Assembly: GCA_963843375.1 (NCBI GenBank)
Contig: CAWJKT010000030.1
Coordinates: forward strand, 1-18,093
DNA: 18,093 nucleotides
Direction of reading: 5' to 3'
DNA from: an uncultured Pseudomonadota bacterium
Lineage (GTDB): Bacteria; Oederibacteriota; Muellerivitia; Muellerivitales; Muellerivitaceae
In this document: positions 1 through 7,911 of the stretch, piece by piece
Numbering within the stretch: the stretch's first letter is position 1
Layout of the letters: the number at the start of each line of letters is the position of its first letter
Position numbers and translations under genes: made by a program
Notes under the pieces: generated by a model
Seen by the model: only the letters and a program-made list of their open reading frames with translations
The model's database searches: none
What the model was told of the DNA's origin: nothing

Positions 1-2
1 CC

Positions 3-644
3 ACACCTACGAGTTTAAACGGGGTCTCTCCAACGCCCACACCTTCAGCGACTGCGAGTCTCACCGGTATGGGCACGACAACAAAAACCCAAACCGCTAC
101 AACCACTTCGACTCCCTCCCTGACTCCAACTTCCACCCAATCCTCGACGGGAACAATGACGGCGTCGAAAACACCCACCAAAACCTCGACGAATAGTTCA
201 ACCCCTACATCCACTCCAACAGCCTTATTGGTCACCTTGACGAGCACGCCACTCTTTACGGCAACTCCAACCGTAACCCAAACCGCAACGCTTCCTGGGA
301 ACCTAAATCAAACGGCCACCTCTACGTTTACTCCAACCCCGCTTCCATTGGGCGGGGGCGGAATTGGTATCCCGTTTCCATATCCAAATCCATTCACAAA
401 CGGAACCGGGGTTCACGTGAAGCTGGATTTTACGCAAGAGGAAGGAACCAGCCGGTTAGTGCTTATGACGAGCGCTTTTCGAGAAATCAATGAAGTTCCA
501 TTGGGTAATGTTATGCCGGGAGAAATGACGGTTCTATTGCCAATGGTTGACAAATCAGGGGCGCAGTTGGCCAATGGGCTTTATTACGTTGCCGTAATAA
601 CACTCAGGGGATCGGCGGTAGGGAAGCTATTGATTTTGCGTTAA
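3..644 (+). CDS. 3' part of a secreted/surface protein: Thr/Ser/Pro-rich linker plus C-terminal T9SS type A sorting-like (FlgD Ig-like) domain; 5'-truncated by window
   Basis: Frame is open from base 3 (TPTSLNGVSPTPTPSATASLTG-M69), so ATG69 is probably internal. The last ~95 aa carry PYPNPF...DKSGAQLANGLYY...GKLLILR-stop, the YPNP / GxY / terminal KxLxx[KR] pattern of type A CTDs. Confidence 0.8.
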   Translation, partial: TPTSLNGVSPTPTPSATASLTGMGTTTKTQTATTTSTPSLTPTSTQSSTGTMTASKTPTKTSTNSSTPTSTPTALLVTLTSTPLFTATPTVTQTATLPGNLNQTATSTFTPTPLPLGGGGIGIPFPYPNPFTNGTGVHVKLDFTQEEGTSRLVLMTSAFREINEVPLGNVMPGEMTVLLPMVDKSGAQLANGLYYVAVITLRGSAVGKLLILR

Positions 645-778
645 GTTCAGGGGTTTAAAACAAACCTTTTATCAGTTACCTGGGGGATGAAAGATAACCT
701 ATTGCAGAACAATGGAAATTTGAGCTTTGTGGTTTCCCCTGGGATTAAAAAGGGGCCAAAAAGAATTTTTCAACCCGG

Positions 779-2231
779 TTAGGGATAGGTTATCGCAAGG
801 GACGGAATAGCTCCTTGAAGCGTTGAAACCTGCGAGGCGAGAGAGGATGGGTCGGCATGCAAGTTTAGTGTAGATCCAGAAGCTTGAAAACCTGGAACAC
901 CGCTAAGATTGGAAATGGCGGTTAACCCGTTGTTGTAAGACAAATCCAGGGTAAGAGCGGTAGAGCTTGATCCAAGGCCTGTCAATGGTGGAACGGCACC
1001 GATGTTGCCGTCACCCGCAAAGATGACATCCTGCGCAAAACCCCAGTTCGCTATGGGCGAGATATCGGTGATGGGATCGTTATCCAGGTCGGCCGTCACG
1101 ATGTTGGTAAGGTTGATCATGCTTGAAATGTCCGTTACACCCCGGTAACCAGCGTAAAGTGTTTGTAGTTTGTTGAAGTTTGATAATACCGAAACCCCGC
1201 CAGCAAAACCGTTACTTTCAAGCGTGCTGCCGTCGCCAATCATATAAAGGCTAACGAGGTTGCTTAGGGGGGCCAATTGTGCGATCCCAGTGACGGGTTG
1301 GCCTGAAAATTCAAGTTCTTGAAGTTTAAGCAAGACTGATACAGGGCTAATATCTGTCAGCATTCCGGCACTGACGGCTCCCGAGTTCGACGTCACCCGA
1401 TCTAACTTCAAGGGTTTGAAGGTTGGTCAAATTCGTTACCGGAGAAAGATCACTGAGGCTATTGTTGTAATCCAAGTGAAGGGCGATAAGTTTGGTTAGG
1501 GACGTAATGGGGCTTAGATTGGTAATGGCGTTGCTTTCCAAATATAGGGAACTAAGGTTTGCGCAATTTTGCAGGCCTTGCAAGTTGCTGACCGGGCCCC
1601 CGATGGTTACATAACCGGTATAACCATTGGGGTTGAGGTTGTTGTCTGCCACTAATGTCACCATCCCGGACAAAGCAGCCACGCTGATGCTAGTAGCGCC
1701 GGGTGTGGCGGTTTGCAAGGTCTCCAGAACCGCTTGATAGAGATTGGCGTCCGGAATGATCGGGGTAACCGTCGCGGTTGAGGATGGGGTCGATGAGGGG
1801 CTATTCGTGGCCGAGTCCGTCGGGGTTGAAGAAACCGTATAGGTTGCGGTGGTTGTGGGGGTGCCAGTTGACGTGGATGTGGCAGTGGTAGTGGCGGATT
1901 CGGTTATGGTAGGAGAGGGGGTTGATGTTGCGGAAAAAATGAAAGTGGCAGTAGGAGTTGAACTGGCCGTGGTAGTTGGAGTGTTGGTGAGCGAGGGAGT
2001 GGTTGTTGCGGTGACGGTTAGAGTGGTGGTTGAAGTGGGGGTGGAGGTTGTAGTGGATATTGAGGTTTTTGTGCTTGTTGATGAGGGCGTGGAAGTTGGG
2101 GTCGAGGTAAAATTAGGATTTTGTCCTCCGGTATTGGGGGAAGAGGGTGTGTTTTTCCCGGGACATCCGATGATTAAAAGGCTAAATCCTGTCAAAAAAG
2201 ATAATATCCAAATATTACGATTAGAAGACAT
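779..2231 (-). pseudogene. Internalin-like LRR lipoprotein with Thr/Ser/Pro stalk, split by one frameshift (ORFs 1347-2231 and 779-1411); real mutation versus sequencing error unresolved
   Basis: AGGAG RBS, signal peptide with lipobox IIG-C, IPDANLYQAV cap and LRRs. The two ORFs align end to end with the intact paralog at 2394-5255. Homology switches frame between RSGD (ends 1392) and TDISP (starts 1357). The span is 1453 nt = 3n+1. Confidence 0.8.
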
Positions 2232-2393
2232 TTCTGCTCTCCTGATTGGGTTTAAGAAAAATGATAAACAAAGAAAATGAGTCTCGAACGTTAATGATAT
2301 TGATGTGACACTTTCGAAACCATCTTTAAAGTTTAAGCGGAATTAAATTCTTTCATTTTCCAGGGGCGAATTGGTATTTTTTGCCCTCAGAAT

Positions 2394-5255
2394 TTAAGGC
2401 CCAGTTATTGTAAGCGAACCCGGAGTGGGAAGCGCCGATTCAACCGCGCTAGTCTGCGCAGGAGTAATATTACCATCGCTTGTAATGTTTAAGACGGCTC
2501 CAGCCGCTTGAAGGCCTGGAATGCCGCTGACGTTGGAAATGGTTGATAAATTGTAGTTGTAAGATATATCCAAGGTTAGGGCGTTGGTATTTAACCCAAG
2601 ACCCGTCAAGGCTGGAACGGTGCTGATATTGTTGGCCGCTAAGATTACATCCGTGGCATTGCTCCAGTTCCCAATCGGCGTCATATCGGTGATGTTGTTG
2701 TTGTCAAAGTCGACCGTTTGGAGTGGGGGAGTGGAAGCCCAGGTTGGAATGACCGTTATTCCACGGTAGCCAGCCTCAACTACCTGCAGTTTAGTGAAGT
2801 TGGATAATACCGTTATCCCGCCAGTGAAGCCGTTGTTTTCAAGTGTGCTCCCGTCGCCATACATGTAAAGAAATTGGAGATTGGTCAATTTGGACAATTG
2901 AGCAATACCTGTGACGGGCTGGCTTGAAAATTCCAGTTCGGTAAGATTGGTCAAGACTGATACGGGGCTAATGTCCGTAACCGCGCCTTCGATAGAGTCC
3001 CCTGCGGTATCGCCTGACCTCATTTCGAGGATATTAAGGTTGGTCAAATTAGTCACGGGAGCAAGATTACTGAGGGTATTGTTGTAATCCAAATGAAGTC
3101 CGCGAAGCTTGCTGTTAAGCGGAGCAAGAGGACTCAGGTCGGTGATCGCGTTACTTTCTAAATAGAGCGCTACAAGGCTTGTGCAATTTTGCAGGCCCTG
3201 CAAGTTACTCACCGGGCCCCCGATCGACACCCAATTGGCATAACCATTGGGATTGGTGTTGTCGTCAGCGACTAACGTCACCATCGCATTCAAAGCAGCC
3301 ACGCTGATGGCAGAAGTGCCGGGTGTGGCGGTTTGTAAGGACTCCAGAACCGCTTGATAGAGATTGGGATCAGGAATAATCGGTGTACCCGTCGGCGTCA
3401 CGGTTGGGGTTTGCGTTATGGTTGAAGAAGGCGTGTTTGTTCCAGTGGTAGTTGGAGTTGAGGAAATGGTTGGAGTAGGCGAGTTTGTTGGTGTTGAGGT
3501 GATAGTGGGAGAAGGTGAGTTTGTCAGTGTTGAAGAAGGTGTATGTGTGGATGTTTCTGTAATAGTCGATGTAGTGGTTTTGGTGAGTGTTTCTGTAATG
3601 GTTGATGTAGTTGTTTTCGTCGGTGTTTCTGTAATGGTTGATGTGGTTGTTTTGGTGGGTGTTTCCGTAATGGTTGAGGAAGGCGTGTTAGTTCCCGTCT
3701 TTGTGGGGGTTGAGGTGATGGTTGATGTTGCGGTTATCGTGGGTGTTTCCGTAATAGTGAAGGTTAAAGTTATTGTGGGAGTTTCGGTTATGGTTGAAGA
3801 AGGCGTGTTTGTTCCTGTTGCGAGGGGAGTATTGGTGATGGTTGAAGAGGGGGTGAAGGTCGGGGTGGTGGTTGGAGTATTTGTTAGAGTCTGGCTTGGC
3901 GTTGAGGTTTCTGTATTGAGAGGAGTGGTGGTTAGAGTCAAAGTAGGAGTGGACGATGGAGTATCCGTTGGATCGTTAGTAACGGTTGGAGAGGGAGTGG
4001 ATGTTATTGTGCTGGAAGGAGTGTTGGTAAGTGTCAAAGTAGGAGTGGAAGAAGGGGTATCCGTTGGATCGTTTGTCACAGTTGCAGAGGGAGTGAAAGT
4101 GATGGTGAATGTAGGCGAGTTGGTGTTGGTTGGCACCGGAGTGGCTGCTAAGTTGAAACCCACCTGTCCGGAACTACAGGCGGTCAATCCGTTGCCAGTG
4201 GGATTGTTCACGCCCGGTAGGGACAGATTGGTCGGACCTTCGTCCAGAGCTGTCCAATTGGTGGAATTCACAACCCCTGACATGCCGCTCACACAAGTGC
4301 TCAAAACTGTGTCCTGATTATAAGTGTAGGAACTAACATTGGACCATAGGCCCGAAAGGTCGGTGGCGTTGGTTCCGCTGGTCAATCCCGGAGGAAGATA
4401 GGAGTTATAAAATTGAGCGATTGGCCCGCTGGTCTGCCAAGTGTTTGGGCCAAAGATAACGGCACCAAGAAACTGAGTGACACCTGCGGAGGGAATCCAA
4501 TAAGCCAGGACTTTGTTACCCTTCCCCGCCTGGTTCAGCAACAGATAGGAATTCCCGCCTGCTCCCGCCACGTTGGCCAAGGTTCCTCCCTGAAGAAGGC
4601 TGCCCGCGTAAGTCAAAACCGGGTTGCCGATGTTGACTGGCGTATTAGCGGCCAATCCGCTGGAACCTGTCGTGTAGGAGATGATTCCTTCCTGGATTGT
4701 AATGGGATTGCCACCCGAGGAAGTGATCACGGTGCTCTCATCTACCAATCCGCCGGTGGTGTTATCCCAGGAGTAAGTGGTGAAATAAATTGTAGTGTTG
4801 GCGGCGATGGCGCTGGTAGCCACAAAGCCGAACTGACTTCCACTATTCATTAAAAGGGCCGTGAAGGCGACTTGACCCGGCTGCAACAACGGTGTGCTTG
4901 TGCTAGTCACGGTGTTGGTCGGAGAGCTTGTGGGGGTACTTGTAACAGAGATAGATGGTGTGGAGGTAATGGAGTTGGTTGGGGTAGTTGAGGGCGTGGG
5001 TGTTATGGAGGAAGTAGGTGAAGTCGAAATAGTCGAAGTGGGTGAAAAGGTGGGTGTGGAAACCGCTGTTTTAGTCTTGGTCGAAGTAGGAGTGGTTGTT
5101 ACGGTTGAAGTTGGAGTGGAGGTATCCGTAGAATTTTGCCCGCCGCCATTATTGGGTGATGGGGAAGTGGGGTTGTTTTTTCCTGGACATCCAATAATTA
5201 AAAATGTAAATCCCATCAAGAGGGAAAAAATCCAAAGGTTACGATAAGACTTCAT
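2394..5255 (-). CDS. Large surface lipoprotein: lipobox, T/S/P stalk, ~245-aa globular domain, long T/S/P stalk, internalin-like LRR domain
   Basis: ATG5255 follows an AGGGGG RBS and matches the paralog's N-terminus (MKSYRNLWIFSLLMGFTFLIIG-CPGKN), so it is preferred to TTG5276. The cap IPDPNLYQAV is followed by repeats such as LVALYLESNAITDLSPL and LQTVDFDNNNITDMTPI. Confidence 0.88.
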   Translation of the reverse strand: MKSYRNLWIFSLLMGFTFLIIGCPGKNNPTSPSPNNGGGQNSTDTSTPTSTVTTTPTSTKTKTAVSTPTFSPTSTISTSPTSSITPTPSTTPTNSITSTPSISVTSTPTSSPTNTVTSTSTPLLQPGQVAFTALLMNSGSQFGFVATSAIAANTTIYFTTYSWDNTTGGLVDESTVITSSGGNPITIQEGIISYTTGSSGLAANTPVNIGNPVLTYAGSLLQGGTLANVAGAGGNSYLLLNQAGKGNKVLAYWIPSAGVTQFLGAVIFGPNTWQTSGPIAQFYNSYLPPGLTSGTNATDLSGLWSNVSSYTYNQDTVLSTCVSGMSGVVNSTNWTALDEGPTNLSLPGVNNPTGNGLTACSSGQVGFNLAATPVPTNTNSPTFTITFTPSATVTNDPTDTPSSTPTLTLTNTPSSTITSTPSPTVTNDPTDTPSSTPTLTLTTTPLNTETSTPSQTLTNTPTTTPTFTPSSTITNTPLATGTNTPSSTITETPTITLTFTITETPTITATSTITSTPTKTGTNTPSSTITETPTKTTTSTITETPTKTTTSTITETLTKTTTSTITETSTHTPSSTLTNSPSPTITSTPTNSPTPTISSTPTTTGTNTPSSTITQTPTVTPTGTPIIPDPNLYQAVLESLQTATPGTSAISVAALNAMVTLVADDNTNPNGYANWVSIGGPVSNLQGLQNCTSLVALYLESNAITDLSPLAPLNSKLRGLHLDYNNTLSNLAPVTNLTNLNILEMRSGDTAGDSIEGAVTDISPVSVLTNLTELEFSSQPVTGIAQLSKLTNLQFLYMYGDGSTLENNGFTGGITVLSNFTKLQVVEAGYRGITVIPTWASTPPLQTVDFDNNNITDMTPIGNWSNATDVILAANNISTVPALTGLGLNTNALTLDISYNYNLSTISNVSGIPGLQAAGAVLNITSDGNITPAQTSAVESALPTPGSLTITGP
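3552..3678. repeat. 36-bp coding tandem repeat (~3.5 copies; TKTTTSTITETP unit)
   Basis: TGTTTCYGTAAT recurs at 3552, 3588, 3624 and 3660. Confidence 0.85.
3937..4084. repeat. Imperfect coding duplication with 96-bp offset (TVTNDPTDTPSSTPTLT x2)
   Basis: GTCAAAGTAGGAGTGGA...GTATCCGTTGGATCGTT occurs at 3937 and 4033. Confidence 0.8.
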
Positions 5256-5312
5256 GTCTGCCCCCCTGAAGCGCAAAAAGCTTGGATGAAAAAGATTGGT
5301 TTAAGTGGGCTC

Positions 5313-5341
5313 ATAATATGTAGAGGCTTTCGAAAAGACAA
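5313..5341 (-). promoter_or_regulatory. Putative sigma70-type promoter for the LRR lipoprotein genes
   Basis: Minus strand reads TTGTCT (5341-5336), 17 bp, TATTAT (5318-5313), about 60 nt upstream of ATG5255. Confidence 0.45.
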
Positions 5342-6036
5342 TCAATAAGTTAAAGAATTAACTAGCGGGAAATACGCATTATTCGGAAGGGTGAGTTGAA
5401 GAATAAAGTTCTATAAATTTTTGATTAAATACTAAACCAAAAATCGTTACAAGGAAGTGCTTGACGGAAAAACTTCCCGAAAATTAAAAGAACCACTGAG
5501 TCGGTGGTTGGTTAATTTCTAGAGATGAGTGGATCAACAAATCCGTTGAAAATAACCTAGAAAGTAAATCCAGGTTTAAATTTTTGGAAAAGAATTGAAT
5601 ACTTTGAACAGCTAAAGTGAAGAGGTCAGCGGGCCCCTTTCAAATTTTAGGTTTTATTTGTGTTTTGACATTATTTATTTCTGAGAAGTGAAATTTTCAT
5701 TTTTCTTCCACTTAAATTTCATGCCGAGTTGAGAAGGAAATTCCACTCAAAGTTAGATTGAAAAAAGTATGAAAATATGGCTAAGTGGACCACCACTTTT
5801 GAATGACGCCATTTTATTCGAGCTTTTTTGTGGATTGATTTTGTTTTTTCTGACCTCATCCAAACTTGTTCGAGCAGGTAAACTGCGATGGATTTCGGGA
5901 ATAAAGTCATCGACTCGAAATAATATTATAGGAATATAAATTGTTAAAATTCCCCAACGAGTATTGAAGCAAGTGTGATCATGCGGAAACGATTCGAAGA
6001 CAAATTTATTTTAAGAAGAATGAAGGTTTAATTTTT

Positions 6037-7674
6037 ATGGGTTTTCAAAATAATTTTTTCTTTTTTTTTCTCCTTTCACTCGGAATTAGCATGCTCCTCA
6101 CTCCGATCCTTATCAGGCTTGCCCCCCGTTTACAACTTTTAGACCAACCAGGTGGAAGGAAAATTCATCAAGCGCCCATCCCACGGGTAGGCGGACTCGC
6201 CATAACCATTTCAATTACTTTTGCGATCATCATTAATTTTACACTCTTGCCGAGAGCTAATTTTCCCACGGATCAAACGGTTAAACTTGGGATCATCCTT
6301 TTAGGGAGTTTATTCGCCGCTTTGTTGGGCTTGGTGGATGACTTAATGGATTTAAGACCCCTAGCTAAGTTTGGCTGCCAAATTCTTCTTTCGGGTTTTT
6401 TCGCCTGTTGGGGCTACCGGTTTTATTTCATTAATATTCCTGGATTTTCAACAGTTTCACTTTCATATTTCAGTATCCCCTTTACAGCTTTTTGGATCAT
6501 GGGGGTCATGAACGGATTCAATTTCATGGATGGAGTGGATGGATTGGCGGGTAGTGTGTCCGTTGTGACTTTGATTGGACTTGGGATTGCAGGCTTTATT
6601 CAACAAGATCCGAGTCTTTGGTTTTTGGCCGCAGCAGCCTTAGGCGGCTTGGCTGTTTTCCTTGTTTATAATTTTCCACCCGCTAAGATTTATTTAGGTG
6701 ACACAGGTGCGAATGTTTTAGGTTTTCTTTCGGCAGCCTGCTTGGTCGCCTTGGGTCAGCCGCAGCCGGCATTTCTCCATTCGGCGGAACCAGCGAACTT
6801 CACCGATACTTTTCGATTCAGGATTATTTTTGCCACTCTAATGGTCGGGTATCCTTTTCTCGAGGTCGTTCTTTCAACGGTCCGCCGCGGAATCAAAAAG
6901 TTTTATTACGGACGTTCAATGGAATGGTCGGAAAAGGAACACATCCACCACAGGTTGCTAAAGTTGGGATTGGGTCCGGCACAGATATCGATCTTGGGTG
7001 CGGTTTTTAATTTTTTGATGGTGGGCGCGGCTCTTTGGGCTATGGTTCATGATTATGCGTTGGCAGTTTTTTTCCTTCTTCCGTTTATTGTCATCCTTAC
7101 GATTTTAATGCCGCGTATGGGCTTTTTTGATTTCCTGGACGCAAGTGTCCTTTTGGGTAAAAAGTCTTATTATTTAATGGCCCACCACTTTATGAATATG
7201 CAACAGGTAAAACTGAAATTGGTTTCGGATAGGGAAGAAATTCTGGCTCTTGTGTGTCAAACCTGCGCTGAGTTTGGAGTTCAGGGATTTTGGATCAAGT
7301 CGGAAGCCGATGCATCCGGAAAAGGGGGATTGGTTTATTATTGGGAAAGGGCCCACGATATTCAGCGGGAGTATCTCCAATTCTTGAAAATCGAAATCAT
7401 CAGTGGCGATTTCGAGGTTTTTCGGGAACGGGCAGCATTGGAAGAGGAAAAAATCGAAGCCTACTGGCTATTTGAGCCGCATACCGAAGAAAACGAGTTG
7501 GATGTTGAATACCGGGTTTTGGTCAGCAACTTCATGCATTCCGTTCTGCGCAGAATCAGCGATTTAAGCCGCATCACCAGCGGTTCCCCGATGGTCGAGA
7601 TTGGAAATCTGGCTCACGCTAAGGTACGTTCCAGCCTTTTGAGGCGACGTTATGGCGAAAAAAAGGTTAAGTAA
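6037..7674 (+). CDS. wecA: Undecaprenyl-phosphate HexNAc-1-phosphate transferase (WecA/TagO, MraY-like Glycos_transf_4) with extra C-terminal soluble domain
   Basis: Multi-TM protein with family motifs RKIH..PIPRVGG, GLVDDLMDL, NGFNFMDGVDGLA, YNFPPAKIYLGDTGA and HIHH. Confidence 0.9.
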   Translation: MGFQNNFFFFFLLSLGISMLLTPILIRLAPRLQLLDQPGGRKIHQAPIPRVGGLAITISITFAIIINFTLLPRANFPTDQTVKLGIILLGSLFAALLGLVDDLMDLRPLAKFGCQILLSGFFACWGYRFYFINIPGFSTVSLSYFSIPFTAFWIMGVMNGFNFMDGVDGLAGSVSVVTLIGLGIAGFIQQDPSLWFLAAAALGGLAVFLVYNFPPAKIYLGDTGANVLGFLSAACLVALGQPQPAFLHSAEPANFTDTFRFRIIFATLMVGYPFLEVVLSTVRRGIKKFYYGRSMEWSEKEHIHHRLLKLGLGPAQISILGAVFNFLMVGAALWAMVHDYALAVFFLLPFIVILTILMPRMGFFDFLDASVLLGKKSYYLMAHHFMNMQQVKLKLVSDREEILALVCQTCAEFGVQGFWIKSEADASGKGGLVYYWERAHDIQREYLQFLKIEIISGDFEVFRERAALEEEKIEAYWLFEPHTEENELDVEYRVLVSNFMHSVLRRISDLSRITSGSPMVEIGNLAHAKVRSSLLRRRYGEKKVK

Positions 7675-7739
7675 GATGGATTCGAAGCCCTAAATATAGG
7701 AATTCTGGCATTTGGTTTTTCATGGAGGGTTTGCGGGAC

Positions 7740-7768
7740 TGGACCCGACATAATGCGTTCGTTATAAT
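7740..7768 (+). promoter_or_regulatory. Putative internal sigma70-type promoter upstream of the OPX gene
   Basis: TGGACC (7740-7745), 17 bp, perfect TATAAT (7763-7768) in the intergenic gap. Confidence 0.45.
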
Positions 7769-7911
7769 CAAAATCCCTTCTAGACATTTTTTATTTCTGG
7801 TTTCAGTAATGTTTTTAATTTTTATCGTGGTTAAGGGTTGGTTAAACGAAAATTTAAGTGTTGAATTGGATCGAGTTTCTGAAATTACTGTTTTTAAGAA
7901 AAGCACAAAAA

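Noticed and set aside
614..621. GGCGGTAG (ops core)
   Set aside because: It lies in the last codons of a CDS with no downstream operon on that strand and lacks the nnTG ending.
649..670. Hairpin AGGGGTTT-aaaac-AAACCTTT as an intrinsic terminator
   Set aside because: Position between convergent genes is plausible, but the stem is weak and the U-tract short, so it is not called.
779..1411. 210-aa ORF as an independent gene
   Set aside because: It has a TTG start without RBS or signal peptide, begins mid-LRR, and is the frameshifted continuation of 1347-2231.
1561..3367. Paralogous segments as a DGR template/variable repeat pair
   Set aside because: Both copies are coding, mismatches are not adenine-specific and many are synonymous, and no reverse transcriptase is in the window.
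3385..4145. Repeats as a CRISPR array
   Set aside because: Units are in-frame, degenerate at third codon positions and lack unique spacers; no cas genes are present.
1849..5247. Val/Gly/Glu-rich plus-strand ORFs (1849-2280, 3364-4317, 4894-5247) and 2584-2769, 4413-4853
   Set aside because: These are antisense shadows of the lipoprotein genes. Reverse complements of Thr/Pro/Ser codons (ACN/CCN/TCN) give V/G/E-rich, stop-poor frames.
5719..5910. 63-aa minus-strand ORF in the divergent intergenic region
   Set aside because: No clear RBS or recognisable motif; consistent with a chance ORF in AT-rich DNA.
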